The notes under the pieces were generated by a model. That model was not told the origin of the DNA, did not search any database, and saw only the letters and a list, made by a program, of their open reading frames with translations. Source: Candidatus Zixiibacteriota bacterium (GTDB lineage Bacteria; Zixibacteria; MSB-5A5; GN15; FEB-12). Taken from it: a DNA stretch of 38,209 nucleotides. Positions within the stretch are counted from its first letter, which is position 1, and each line of letters opens with the position of its first letter. The stretch covers positions 1 through 38,209 of the forward strand of contig JBGSIV010000198.1 of the NCBI GenBank assembly GCA_041742355.1, in the 5' to 3' direction. Below, piece after piece: positions 1-10,005 of this stretch. The translations under genes and the position numbers were made by a program.

Positions 1-2349
1 AATATTTACGACTGGTACGGTTCGTACCTCGATCCGCCGATCCCGGTACACTTCGCTCCCCGTCAACGAGGCACGGCGGAAGAACCGTTTCGCCCGTTCT
101 ACATTGCCCCATACCACAATCACGACGGATTCGCCAATCCCGGCTGCGATCGTGATCGCTACTATCAGATGAGCCAACCCGAGTGGGATTACGATTTGAC
201 AGACATGTCTCGCATCGGGGACACCAACCCGATCTGGCTGCCGCCACAGCAGCTCTGGCTCGACTCGTTGCGGTACGGCGGGAGTATCCGGAGTCATCTG
301 GCTATGGGGCCATTCGATTTGGCGCCGGACAGCGCCTTCCGCATTGTCTACGCCATGTTCGGCGCTGACGCTGTCCTGACCGACCCGACGACCGGCAGTT
401 TCCTGTGCGACGGCGATATTGACGAGTACCGTCGCCGGCTGAATCTGCAGGTCTTTCGTGACCGAGGCGAAGACGCTAAGGTCATGGCGCAACATCTGCT
501 CAGCCCGCAGTTCTCCCCCACCGGCTTGGAGGTGAGCCTCTTCGACGCCGATTCGGTTACTCTCAACTGGGATGCGCGCGTCTTTCCGGATATCAGCGGT
601 TACCGCGTTCGACTCTCCCCCATACCGGCGTCAGCTTTCGTCGCTCCGGGTCAGGTGTGCCCTAGCGCTACTCCGCTTGATGGCAGCGTCACGTACACAG
701 CCGCTCCGGAGCAAACGTCATTGACCATTCGCAATCTAACCCCCGGCAAGTACTACTTCGCGCAAATCGCGCATGAGTACGATGGCCGATACGGGCAGTA
801 CTCCTATCCGGTCGTTGTCGGATACGGCAACGCTGCGCTCACACCCGATTTCCCCAAGCCGCAGAGGGACTTCGCCTTTGTCTGCCCGGGCGATACGGGG
901 GCCATTCTGCAGTGGGACCATCCGGATGACGGCTTGACGGCGTACTACAAAATCTACCGCAGGACGGATTCGGCGGCCGCCGCCAACCGGCATCGTCCTT
1001 TCTTTGCGGTCGACACAGCGCTCACTTCGCTGCAACCCCTGACCGGCGGCAGGGCGGGGGATCTCCCCTGGTTCTACTACGAAATGAAGGCGTATGACTC
1101 GGTTCCGGTCGGCCAGACGGCGTACTGCGACCGCAATGTTCAGCCGGAAGCCTGGTACTGGGTGAGCGCGGTCAGCCGCCACGGCTACGAGTCGGAGTTT
1201 TCACCCCTCATACGTCTGCATCCGTCGCTGCAGCCCGACCGCGACGTCCTGGTTATTCTCGGCTCGACCACCTCTTTCCACGACTTCGTCATACGGGACT
1301 CGCTGTACGCCTATTACCACAGGCTCCTGGATGGCCGCGACTACGACCTGTACGACTGGGCCGACACCAACGGCAATGTCCACGCCGACCATATTACGTA
1401 CCGGGTCAATTGGGAGGATCTCGCCCGGTATCGGCTCGTTATCGTGGAAGACCTGCCGTCGACGGCGATCCTCACGACGGCCGCCGAGGCTCGCTACAAA
1501 ACACTTCAACGGCTAATCGCTTCGGGCCGGGATGTCCTCTATTTCGGGGTGCCCGGGGGAGGACGGTATCCCTTCAGTCTTTCGACCACGGCCAGCCTGG
1601 TTCGCTGCCCGGATACATCGGCCGAAGTCCGGTGTTTTGGAGTGGACTCAGTGGCCTTGCGGCCGTGGAAGGGAGTCTACAACGTTCTCGGTACGGTCGA
1701 CTCGCTGGCCGGGTTTGCCGGGGCCGAACCGGCTGCCGAGGGATTGCCGCCGCTTTCGGTTGACCTCACCTCCTGCCGGCTTACCAGCGCTCTCACGCGC
1801 CTTTTCGCCCCCGGCCCCTGTCTGCCCATGACTCCGGCGTTTTATCCGAGCGAAGAGGCCGAGGTTATCTACCGCTTCCAGTCCGCATATCCGGAGACCT
1901 CGGAACTCGACGGCCTCCCCTGCGGAGTGCGCATGCGTCACCCCGGCGCCAACGCCTACGCGTTCTCGTTTCACCTCTGGGGTATGGACGAGTCGGACGC
2001 CCGGGCCCTGGTCGACTTCGCTCTCGACCACCAGGAACCCGACACGGCCTTTACGCCCCCTCCCCTCTCCCTGACTTTCCGGCTTTACCAGAACTACCCC
2101 AATCCGTTCAACCCTTCCACGACCATTTCTTACGACCTTTTCCAGTCCGGCCATGTCCGACTTGAGGTGTTCAATATCCTCGGGCAAACCGTTGCCACGC
2201 TCGTCGACGCCGATCTGCCCGCCGGTGTTTACGAGGCGATCTGGAACGGCTGCGATGAGCGTGGGCGGCCGGCGGCTTCCGGCGTCTACCTCTATCGCCT
2301 CGAAACGGCCGGATCGAGCCGGACGCGGAAGATGCTGCTGGTGAAATAG
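1..2349 (+). CDS. Secreted FN3-domain protein with C-terminal FlgD-Ig/T9SS type A sorting-like domain (5' partial)
   Basis: Frame 1 is open from base 1 (NIYDWYGSYL...), so the gene starts upstream of the window. FN3-like segments (VTLNW...GYRV...LTPGKYYF; LQW...YYKIYR...YWVSAV). C-terminus FRLYQNYPNPFNPSTTISY...SGVYLYRL...RKMLLVK. Confidence 0.8.
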   Translation, partial: NIYDWYGSYLDPPIPVHFAPRQRGTAEEPFRPFYIAPYHNHDGFANPGCDRDRYYQMSQPEWDYDLTDMSRIGDTNPIWLPPQQLWLDSLRYGGSIRSHLAMGPFDLAPDSAFRIVYAMFGADAVLTDPTTGSFLCDGDIDEYRRRLNLQVFRDRGEDAKVMAQHLLSPQFSPTGLEVSLFDADSVTLNWDARVFPDISGYRVRLSPIPASAFVAPGQVCPSATPLDGSVTYTAAPEQTSLTIRNLTPGKYYFAQIAHEYDGRYGQYSYPVVVGYGNAALTPDFPKPQRDFAFVCPGDTGAILQWDHPDDGLTAYYKIYRRTDSAAAANRHRPFFAVDTALTSLQPLTGGRAGDLPWFYYEMKAYDSVPVGQTAYCDRNVQPEAWYWVSAVSRHGYESEFSPLIRLHPSLQPDRDVLVILGSTTSFHDFVIRDSLYAYYHRLLDGRDYDLYDWADTNGNVHADHITYRVNWEDLARYRLVIVEDLPSTAILTTAAEARYKTLQRLIASGRDVLYFGVPGGGRYPFSLSTTASLVRCPDTSAEVRCFGVDSVALRPWKGVYNVLGTVDSLAGFAGAEPAAEGLPPLSVDLTSCRLTSALTRLFAPGPCLPMTPAFYPSEEAEVIYRFQSAYPETSELDGLPCGVRMRHPGANAYAFSFHLWGMDESDARALVDFALDHQEPDTAFTPPPLSLTFRLYQNYPNPFNPSTTISYDLFQSGHVRLEVFNILGQTVATLVDADLPAGVYEAIWNGCDERGRPAASGVYLYRLETAGSSRTRKMLLVK

Positions 2350-2366
2350 CCTGCGTTAGTCCCACC

Positions 2367-2396
2367 TTGACTTCGTAGAGTATTTAAATACATATT
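2367..2396 (+). promoter_or_regulatory. Putative sigma70 promoter of acs with a palindrome in the spacer
   Basis: TTGACT-N18-CATATT. Perfect palindrome GTATTTAAATAC at 2380-2391. Confidence 0.45.
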
Positions 2397-2433
2397 CTCT
2401 TGGTTGATCACTCATGCAATCAAGGAGCGAAGC

Positions 2434-4416
2434 ATGGCGCAGAAGCACGCGACGCCGAAAAAGAAGCGCGTCGAGACCTCTACCGCGACGATTGACACCC
2501 TGTTGAGTGAGAATCGCAAGTTCAAACCGCCGACAGGCTTTTGCCGGCAGGCGAACCTGAACGACACCGGCGTGATCGCCGCCGCCCAGAAGGATCCGGT
2601 GAAATTCTGGGAGAAGATGGCCTCTGAGCTGGTGTGGAAGAAGAGGTGGACCAAAGCGCTCGAGTGGAAAGCTCCCGACGCGAAGTGGTTTGTCGGCGGC
2701 AAGCTCAATGTGACCGAATCCCTCCTCGACCGGCATATCGCCGAGGGGCGCCGCAACAAAGCTGCGATCATCTGGGAAGGCGAACCGGGCGACCGTCGGA
2801 CCTTCACGTACTTCTACCTGCACCGCCAGGTCAACAAGTTCGCCAATGTCCTCAAGAAACTGGGCATTCGCAAAGGGGATGTGGTGGCGATCTATCTGCC
2901 GATGGTCCCTGAGCTGGTGATTTCGATGCTGGCCTGCGCCCGTATCGGGGCGGTGCACTCGGTTGTTTTCGGCGGTTTCTCTCCCGAGGCCCTGCGCGAC
3001 CGGATCAATGACGCCGGGGCGAAACTGCTGATCACGGCCGACGGGGGCTGGCGGCGCGGGCAGATCCTGCCGCTCAAACACGATGCCGACCAGGCGATTG
3101 CCGACTGCCCTACAATCGAAAATGTCGTCATCGTCAAGCGCGGCGATTTCCTGCTCCGGGTCAAGGAAGGGCGTGACCACTGGTACCACCGCCTCATGCA
3201 GGAGGCCCCGAACTACTGCCCGCCGGAGTATGTCGACTCAGAGCATCCGCTCTACATCCTCTACACCTCCGGCACGACCGGCAAACCCAAGGGGATTGTC
3301 CACACGTGCGGCGGATATCTCACCGGCGTGTACGCCACCGCCAAGTACGTGTTCGACCTCAAGGATGACGATGTCTTCTGGTGCACAGCTGATATCGGAT
3401 GGGTCACCGGGCACTCGTATTTCGCCTACGGCCCGCTGGCCAACGGCGCCACGCAGATAATGTATGAAGGCGCCCCCGACTGGCCCGACCAGGACCGCTT
3501 CTGGCAGATCATTGAGGATTTCGGTGTGACGATCTTCTACACCGCTCCCACCGCGATCCGCTCGTTCATGCGCTGGGGACGGCAGTGGGCCGACAGGCAT
3601 GACCTGTCGTCGCTGCGCCTGCTCGGATCGGTGGGCGAGCCGATCAACCCCGAGGCCTGGATGTGGTACCAAGAGGTGATCGGAAGGAACAACTGCCCCA
3701 TTGTCGACACCTGGTGGCAGACCGAAACGGGCCATATCATGATCACGCCGCTACCGGGTCTCACCGCGACCAAGCCGGGCTCGGCCACCCGCCCCTTCCC
3801 CGGCATCGAGGCCAAGATCCTCGACGAGGCTGGCAATGAGATTAAGAAGGGGGGCGGCTACCTCGCCATCACCAAACCCTGGCCGGGCATGCTCCGCGGT
3901 ATCTGGGGCGACCGCCAACGGTTCGTGGAGACGTACTGGTCGAAGTGGCCGGGCATTTACTTTCCGGGCGACGGCGCCAAGATCGACGACGACGGTTACT
4001 TCTGGATTCTCGGGCGGGTCGATGATGTCATCAACACCGCGGGCCATCGACTCTCGACAATGGAGGTCGAATCGGCTTTGGTCGAACATCCGGCGGTCGC
4101 CGAGGCCGCCGTGGTCGGCGTCCCCCATGACGTCAAAGGGGAGGCGCTCGTAGCTTTCGTGACGTTGCGGGAAGGTTTCAAATCCGACGACAAACGCCTC
4201 TGCGGCCAGTTGAAGGATCACGTTGTCCGCAAGATCGGTTCGATCGCCAAGCCGGAGCAGATGATCTGTACGCCCGATCTGCCCAAGACGCGGTCGGGGA
4301 AGATCATGCGCCGTCTGCTGCGTGATATCGCTCTCGGTCGCGTGCTTGGCGACACGACCACGCTGGCCGACCCGGTGGCTATTCAGCGGCTGAAGAAGAA
4401 GTACGAGGAAGACTGA
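2434..4416 (+). CDS. acs: Acetate--CoA ligase (acetyl-CoA synthetase)
   Basis: [14 protein letters not shown]-binding motif, [30 protein letters not shown] precedes the ATG at 2434. Confidence 0.97.
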   Translation: MAQKHATPKKKRVETSTATIDTLLSENRKFKPPTGFCRQANLNDTGVIAAAQKDPVKFWEKMASELVWKKRWTKALEWKAPDAKWFVGGKLNVTESLLDRHIAEGRRNKAAIIWEGEPGDRRTFTYFYLHRQVNKFANVLKKLGIRKGDVVAIYLPMVPELVISMLACARIGAVHSVVFGGFSPEALRDRINDAGAKLLITADGGWRRGQILPLKHDADQAIADCPTIENVVIVKRGDFLLRVKEGRDHWYHRLMQEAPNYCPPEYVDSEHPLYILYTSGTTGKPKGIVHTCGGYLTGVYATAKYVFDLKDDDVFWCTADIGWVTGHSYFAYGPLANGATQIMYEGAPDWPDQDRFWQIIEDFGVTIFYTAPTAIRSFMRWGRQWADRHDLSSLRLLGSVGEPINPEAWMWYQEVIGRNNCPIVDTWWQTETGHIMITPLPGLTATKPGSATRPFPGIEAKILDEAGNEIKKGGGYLAITKPWPGMLRGIWGDRQRFVETYWSKWPGIYFPGDGAKIDDDGYFWILGRVDDVINTAGHRLSTMEVESALVEHPAVAEAAVVGVPHDVKGEALVAFVTLREGFKSDDKRLCGQLKDHVVRKIGSIAKPEQMICTPDLPKTRSGKIMRRLLRDIALGRVLGDTTTLADPVAIQRLKKKYEED

Positions 4417-4431
4417 CCTTCGCAGAGAACC

Positions 4432-4456
4432 CCGGAGGCAGCGTTCCCGCCTCCGG
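4432..4456 (+). terminator. Hairpin after acs
   Basis: CCGGAGGC-N9-GCCTCCGG just downstream of the stop; weak U tract. Confidence 0.5.
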
Positions 4457-4654
4457 CGCTCTCCTCACACAACGCTCACATTCAGAGCCTTCGCGCGGCG
4501 CGATTTTGACGCCGGCGTTTCTTCGCCGCGGACGGTGCGATCCCACAGACAGCTCTTTACACACCCGGGGGCGGGTGAGTACCTTGGCAATGGCGTGAGA
4601 TAGCCGCAGTACCGGTTTGAAGCCGGCCGAACAGATCGAAAGGCAGGATTGTGG

Positions 4655-5350
4655 ATGCACTACTCAATCGGACTGGAACAGACCGAACGCGGCCGCTGGC
4701 TGGCCTGGGTGATGGAGTTGCCCGGCTGTTTTTCCCGCAGTGAGAGCCGCGAGGAGGCTGTGGCCTGCACGCCGCGGGCGATCGCCGATTACTTCAACTG
4801 GCGCGACGGTTACGAGCGGGTGACCGAAGATGTTGCGGCAGCCCTCACGGCGACGGTCGTTGAGGAGTATCGCAACTATGAAACACTCGACGGTTACTGG
4901 GTGAACGCCTTTTTCGACTTCGACCGCCGTCCCCTGGCACCGAGCGATACCGATGACATCCGCTGGCTGCTCAGTTGCACCCGGTCGGATCTGCTGTCCA
5001 CCGTCCAGCGTATCCCGATCGCCGCGCTCGACCAGTCGATCGAGGCGGAGCGGTTTGGGACCATGCGCGGCGTGCTCAAGCACGTCGCCCTCGCCGAGCG
5101 CTGGTACTTCGACAAGCTCGGTCTGGCCGTGCCCAAAGAGGATCTCGGGAGCGACACCTTCAACATGCTCGAGGTTGTCCGCCGCAACACGATCGTGCAG
5201 TTGCCGCGCCTGGCCAACGATACTTCGGTGCGTGAAGTCCACGGCGAGCTATGGTCGGCTCGCAAGATCGTGCGCCGCACGCTCTGGCACGAGCGAGTCC
5301 ACACCTGGCATCTCCAACGCCTCCTCGGCCGGTTGCGCCAGATATCATAA
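4655..5350 (+). CDS. HicB-like N-terminal domain fused to a DinB-like domain
   Basis: N-terminal W..ELPGCFS...SREEA is a HicB-like signature. C-terminal VLKHVALAERWY and LWHERVHTWH give the DinB-type His triad. Confidence 0.75.
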   Translation: MHYSIGLEQTERGRWLAWVMELPGCFSRSESREEAVACTPRAIADYFNWRDGYERVTEDVAAALTATVVEEYRNYETLDGYWVNAFFDFDRRPLAPSDTDDIRWLLSCTRSDLLSTVQRIPIAALDQSIEAERFGTMRGVLKHVALAERWYFDKLGLAVPKEDLGSDTFNMLEVVRRNTIVQLPRLANDTSVREVHGELWSARKIVRRTLWHERVHTWHLQRLLGRLRQIS

Positions 5351-5356
5351 ATGAAA

Positions 5357-5381
5357 CGGGCCGGATTGTTCGTCCGGCCCG
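5357..5381. terminator. Hairpin between convergent genes
   Basis: CGGGCCGGA-N7-TCCGGCCCG, flanked by GAAA and TCTTTC. Confidence 0.6.
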
Positions 5382-5432
5382 CGTCTTTCGATTCACTTGA
5401 AAGGCTTCAGGGGGAGTGGGACGTACCGGTCC

Positions 5433-6245
5433 TCACTTATCTCCGCCGAGGATGATCGGCAGGTCGCCGCTGTTGTTGCCGACAACGACAATCTTTGTGT
5501 TCGGAGATTCGGCCAGTTTCTGGGTGGCCTCGATTCCCTTCCACTTGAGGAGCGAGTTGGTGAGTCCGGCCGAAACGATCTTCTGGAAGTCGGCGATACC
5601 CTGCGCTTCGATCCGCTTGCGGTCAGCCTCGAGCCTCTCCTTCTGAATGGTGAACTCCATCCGCTGGGCCTCCTGGTCGGCCGCCAGCTTGAAGTTGATC
5701 GCCTCGCTGATCTTTTCCGGAATCACCACGTCCCGCATCAGCACGTCCTGAATGATCACGTAGTTATCCGCCATGGCGTCGATGAGCCGCTGACGGATAG
5801 CGCCGTTGACTTCATCCCGTTTGGTGGAATAGATCTCCTCCGGCTTGTACTGCCCGGCGACAGCGCGGGAAATGCCCCGAATCGTCGGCGCGACCTTGAC
5901 CTCGTAGTAGTCGGGGCCGATCGACACCTGCAGGGAATCGAGTTTGGCAGACATCGGATGGTAGAGAATTGACATCTCCATCTTGATGGTCGCGCCGTCC
6001 GAGGAGAGCACCTGGAGAGTCTCCTTTGCCTCCTGGAGCTGTACCCGGTAGACAATCATGCTGTTCCACGGCATGTGCCAGGCGAAACCCTCGCCGTAAA
6101 TGTTGCCGAATTCAGTGCCGGATCCGAATTTCGAGTAAAAGACACCACGATGCCCCGATGGCACCTGGGTTCCGCAGCCGATTAACGACAGCGCTGCAAC
6201 AGCCACCAGCAGCAGGGGCAGGTGGCGGACAGACGGTCCTCTCAT
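5433..6245 (-). CDS. SPFH/prohibitin family protein, probable lipoprotein
   Basis: VPSGHRGV, EG..WHMPW, AINFKLAADQEA...EAQGIA prohibitin pattern. Lipobox-like LIGC. AGGAGG RBS before the ATG at 6245. Confidence 0.9.
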   Translation of the reverse strand: MRGPSVRHLPLLLVAVAALSLIGCGTQVPSGHRGVFYSKFGSGTEFGNIYGEGFAWHMPWNSMIVYRVQLQEAKETLQVLSSDGATIKMEMSILYHPMSAKLDSLQVSIGPDYYEVKVAPTIRGISRAVAGQYKPEEIYSTKRDEVNGAIRQRLIDAMADNYVIIQDVLMRDVVIPEKISEAINFKLAADQEAQRMEFTIQKERLEADRKRIEAQGIADFQKIVSAGLTNSLLKWKGIEATQKLAESPNTKIVVVGNNSGDLPIILGGDK

Positions 6246-6328
6246 GAATACCTCCTTGGTTGATCCGATCTCATGTGTTACAGAGATGATACCCCCCGAA
6301 CGGACAGGCATTCAACAAAAAGCGGCGT

Positions 6329-6361
6329 AAAGAAAGACGCCGCCGGGGAACCCGGCGGCGT
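6329..6361 (-). terminator. Rho-independent terminator of the uvrB-lipoprotein unit
   Basis: ACGCCGCCGGG-N3-CCCGGCGGCGT followed by CTTTCTTT on the minus strand. Confidence 0.75.
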
Positions 6362-6390
6362 GGGGCTTGTCGCGGCAGACGAACTTCAAC

Positions 6391-7374
6391 CTACTGATCG
6401 GTTCGGTACGGAACGCACCAGCCAACCCAATCGTAGGTATACTCCTGAGGTATGGACCCCGGTATCGGTATCCGCTGATAGTCCTGCATGAAGAGCAGAT
6501 TCCACAGGCGGGGATTGGGCGATGGCGTTTGCAGTGTATCCACGTACCGATGCGTACCGGTTGGAGCCATGGATCGGAGACGCGGTCCGGACTCGACATC
6601 GGCCGTCACCAGACGGGCATAGGAAACGGGCTCTGTATCGTAGCAGTTCAAGTAGAGAATCGATCCTGCCGGCAGCGACGCCAATCGATCGAGGCGGCGG
6701 TACCGGTGTCTTGTCCCGCTGGCGTATTCACTCGTGCCGCCGTTTGTGAGGCTTTCCCGGATTTCCGTAAAGGTAACCAGCTCCAGATCCGCGTTATCCC
6801 CCCGGAATTCCTCGTCGGCAGCGGTAATTACCATGGAGCCGCTGGCCTCGCCGCCGCTAAACGCCCAGAGCTTCCACCCGCGGTAGGCCTGGAAGTCGTT
6901 CCCCAGTTTCAGGAGGAAGCCGTACCGGTTGACGGCCCGCGCCGCGCGCGTGACGGTCGTATCGGTCCCCGCGATGCGAAGATTGCGCACGTAGTAGATA
7001 TCGTCGATCGTCGCCTCGCAGTCCCCCGGGATCTCGCCCAGCACCGGATAGACGTGCCGCAGCCGGTAGTACTCAACCGCGCCTCCCACCTCAAACTTGC
7101 GAACCGTGTCGACATGCGTGTCGAGATCTATCCGCCGCTTCATGGAATCGACAATGATTTTGTAGATAGCCGTGTCTCCGGCCACCGCGTACTCCTCGAC
7201 GCCGAACAGGTTGTCGGTGCGGAACAACTCCCGGGCATCTCCCGATTCGTTCAGATACCGAAGAATTTCTTCGTCGTCGATGACGTAGGGGACCTCCTTC
7301 TCGCTGCAGCCGAGGGTCAGGCTGAGTCCGATGAGCAGAAGGGCGGAAACACTGATGAACAGGCGTGAAGTCAT
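6391..7374 (-). CDS. Hypothetical lipoprotein
   Basis: Hydrophobic signal ending in lipobox LTLGC. Start abuts the uvrB stop, with a GAGGAG RBS inside the uvrB 3' end. No family recognised. Confidence 0.75.
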   Translation of the reverse strand: MTSRLFISVSALLLIGLSLTLGCSEKEVPYVIDDEEILRYLNESGDARELFRTDNLFGVEEYAVAGDTAIYKIIVDSMKRRIDLDTHVDTVRKFEVGGAVEYYRLRHVYPVLGEIPGDCEATIDDIYYVRNLRIAGTDTTVTRAARAVNRYGFLLKLGNDFQAYRGWKLWAFSGGEASGSMVITAADEEFRGDNADLELVTFTEIRESLTNGGTSEYASGTRHRYRRLDRLASLPAGSILYLNCYDTEPVSYARLVTADVESGPRLRSMAPTGTHRYVDTLQTPSPNPRLWNLLFMQDYQRIPIPGSIPQEYTYDWVGWCVPYRTDQ

Positions 7375-9426
7375 CTATCTCCTCTTGCGTCTGGGCCCCT
7401 GTCGCTGGCCGCGTTTGGGCTGATTTCTCATTTCGTCGATTTCGTCGCGTATGAGCACGGCCGTTTCGAAGTCGAGGTTCTCGGCCGCTTTGCGCATGGC
7501 CCCGAGCAGGAACGCGAGCTGATCCTCGCGCCCCATCTGAGCGAAACTGCTCGGCTTCTCGAACCGCTCTTCCTCGGCCGTTTTGCTGTCGGCAAACTGG
7601 GTCGACCGAAGGATCTCGTCGCGTGTCTTGAATATCGTTTCCGGATCGATTCCGTGCTCTTCGTTGTAGGCCGCCTGTTTCTCGCGGCGGCGGTTGGTTT
7701 CCGAGATTGCCTTGGCCATCGAGTCGGTCATTTTGTCGGCGTAGAGGATCACCTCTCCCCCCTTGTTGCGCGCGGCGCGGCCCGAGGTCTGAATGAGCGA
7801 CCGCTCCGACCGCAGGAACCCTTCCTTGTCGGCATCGAGGATCGCCACGAGGGACACCTCCGGCAGATCGAGCCCCTCGCGCAGGAGGTTGACGCCCACC
7901 AGAACATCGAACTCCGCCAGCCGAAGGTCGCGAATGATTCCAGTTCGGTCGATTGCGTCGATCTCGCTGTGCAGGTAGCGCACGCGCAGGCCCACTTTCT
8001 CCATGTAGCCGGTGAGGTCTTCGGCCATCCGCTTCGTCAGCGTGGTGACGAGCACACGCTCGCCCCGTTCGGTACGTACTTTGGCCTGCTCCAGCAGATC
8101 GTCGACCTGCGTCCGCAGCGGTTTGACCGTGATGACCGGGTCGAGCAGCCCGGTCGGGCGGATAACCTGCTCGACAACCACGCCGCCTGCTTTGGTCAGT
8201 TCGTACTCGGCCGGGGTGGCCGAGACGTATACTGCTTTCTTGATTATCTGCTCGAACTCGGTGAACACGAGCGGTCGGTTGTCCAGCGCCGAGGGGAGCC
8301 GGAAGCCGTGCTCGACCAGCACTTCCTTGCGGCTGCGATCGCCGGCGAACATCCCCCGTACCTGCGGGACTGTCTGGTGGGATTCGTCGATGATCGTCAG
8401 AAATTCGTCCGGGAAGAAGTCGAGCAGGGTAAACGGCCGCTCCCCCGGTTTGCGACCCGACAGGTGGCGCGAGTAGTTCTCGACGCCGGAGCAGTACCCG
8501 ATCTCCTTGAGCATTTCGAGGTCGTACTTGGTGCGCATCTCGATCCGCTGGGCTTCGAGGAGGAGGTTGCGGGAGCGAAAAAACTCCAGGCGCTCGGCCA
8601 GCTCCTGCTCGATACCCCGGATCGCCTCTTCCATCCGTTCCGGCGAGGTAATGAAGTGCTTGGCGGGATAGATCGCGATCCGGTCCCGCTCTCGCAGGAT
8701 TTCGCCGGTCAGGGGGTCGATTTCGGTGATGCGCTCGACCTCGTCGCCGAAGAATTCGATGCGGACGGCATTCTCGTGGTAGGCCGGGATCAGTTCGACG
8801 GTGTCGCCGCGGACCCGGAAGTTCCCCCGGGAGAAGTCGATGTCGTTGCGGTTGTAATGGATATCAATCAGCTTGCGCAGCACTTCATCCCGATTCGCCT
8901 CGTTTCCCTTTACCAGCGGGATGTATTGGTTCTTGTATTCCGTGGGGGATCCCAAGCCGTAGATACACGACACCGACGCCACTATAATGACATCCGGCCG
9001 TTCCAGGAGTGAGGCGGTTGCTCGCAGCCGGAGCCGGTCGATATCCTCGTTGACGGAGGTATCCTTCTCAATGTAAGTGTCGGTGGTGGGAATGTATGCT
9101 TCCGGCTGGTAGTAATCGTAGTAGCTGATGAAAAATTCGACGGCGTTGTCGGGGAAGAAGGCTTTGAGCTCCCCATAGAGCTGCGCCGCGAGCGTTTTGT
9201 TATGCGAGATAACCAACGTCGGGCGGCCGTACTGGGCGATCACGTTGGCCATGGTGAACGTTTTGCCCGATCCGGTCACCCCGAGCAGGACCTGATGGTC
9301 CTGGCCTCGGTGCAGGCCGTCGAGCAACTCGCGGATCGCGTTGGGCTGGTCACCACGCGGTGCGAACGGCGAACGTAGTTGAAAGACTCCCTCGGGGGTC
9401 TGAGTGGTCGGTACGAAATTTGTCAT
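7375..9426 (-). CDS. uvrB: Excinuclease ABC subunit B
   Basis: GVTGSGKT Walker [11 protein letters not shown] beta-hairpin, [13 protein letters not shown]-terminal UVR domain. Confidence 0.99.
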   Translation of the reverse strand: MTNFVPTTQTPEGVFQLRSPFAPRGDQPNAIRELLDGLHRGQDHQVLLGVTGSGKTFTMANVIAQYGRPTLVISHNKTLAAQLYGELKAFFPDNAVEFFISYYDYYQPEAYIPTTDTYIEKDTSVNEDIDRLRLRATASLLERPDVIIVASVSCIYGLGSPTEYKNQYIPLVKGNEANRDEVLRKLIDIHYNRNDIDFSRGNFRVRGDTVELIPAYHENAVRIEFFGDEVERITEIDPLTGEILRERDRIAIYPAKHFITSPERMEEAIRGIEQELAERLEFFRSRNLLLEAQRIEMRTKYDLEMLKEIGYCSGVENYSRHLSGRKPGERPFTLLDFFPDEFLTIIDESHQTVPQVRGMFAGDRSRKEVLVEHGFRLPSALDNRPLVFTEFEQIIKKAVYVSATPAEYELTKAGGVVVEQVIRPTGLLDPVITVKPLRTQVDDLLEQAKVRTERGERVLVTTLTKRMAEDLTGYMEKVGLRVRYLHSEIDAIDRTGIIRDLRLAEFDVLVGVNLLREGLDLPEVSLVAILDADKEGFLRSERSLIQTSGRAARNKGGEVILYADKMTDSMAKAISETNRRREKQAAYNEEHGIDPETIFKTRDEILRSTQFADSKTAEEERFEKPSSFAQMGREDQLAFLLGAMRKAAENLDFETAVLIRDEIDEMRNQPKRGQRQGPRRKRR

Positions 9427-9463
9427 AGTAGAGATCCGTCATCTATAGATGCCCACTGCGGCG

Positions 9464-9491
9464 AATATATGCAATCCGTTTGTGAGTGCAA
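9464..9491 (-). promoter_or_regulatory. Putative uvrB promoter
   Basis: TTGCAC-N16-TATATT on the minus strand. Confidence 0.45.
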
Positions 9492-9599
9492 TCACCTTTC
9501 TGGGGGCGTATTCCATTATACAACCGCAGCTTGTATGGAACCAGTTTCCGGGCGGGGGGTTTAAATGGTGGCCCCGGAGTGGACCCTGCAAGATTGGTC

Positions 9600-9627
9600 T
9601 TGACTTGCGGACGAAAACGGTTACTTT
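9600..9627 (+). promoter_or_regulatory. Putative rplU promoter
   Basis: TTGACT-N16-TACTTT, followed by a GGAGG RBS. Confidence 0.5.
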
Positions 9628-9682
9628 ATGAGGCTTAACCTGATTCGGGATAATAACTTTCTGTTTCCGGAGGATAGTAGTA

Positions 9683-10003
9683 ATGTACGCTGTGTTCCAA
9701 ATCGACGGCTTCCAGTACAGCGCCCAGGAAGGTGACGTCCTTCGCGTGCCGCGCCAGAAAGCCGACACCGGCGCCTCAGTGAAGATTGACCGCGTGCTCC
9801 TGGTCAAGGGCGACAGCCAGACTCTCATCGGCACTCCGACGGTGGCTGACGCCACGATCGAGGCCGAAGTCGTCAACGCCGGTCTCGGCGACAAGGTGCT
9901 CATCTACAAGTACAAGCGCCGCACCAAGTACCGCCGCACTCAGGGCCACCGTCAACAGTACACTGAGATCAAAATCAACAAGATCCACGCCCCCGGCGTC
10001 TGA
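9683..10003 (+). CDS. rplU: 50S ribosomal protein bL21
   Basis: MYAVF...G.QY...EGD and C-terminal GHRQQYTEIKI. Confidence 0.98.
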   Translation: MYAVFQIDGFQYSAQEGDVLRVPRQKADTGASVKIDRVLLVKGDSQTLIGTPTVADATIEAEVVNAGLGDKVLIYKYKRRTKYRRTQGHRQQYTEIKINKIHAPGV

Positions 10004-10005
10004 AA

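Noticed and set aside
4586..4650. GGCAATGG... leader resembling the 5' end of a fluoride riboswitch
   Set aside because: It lacks the complementary UCGCC and the downstream UGAUGAC..CUAC pseudoknot elements, and the downstream gene is not fluoride related.
6367..9012. Long plus-strand ORFs (333 aa and 452 aa) opposite the lipoprotein and uvrB
   Set aside because: Antisense shadow ORFs typical of GC-rich coding DNA; no recognisable motifs.
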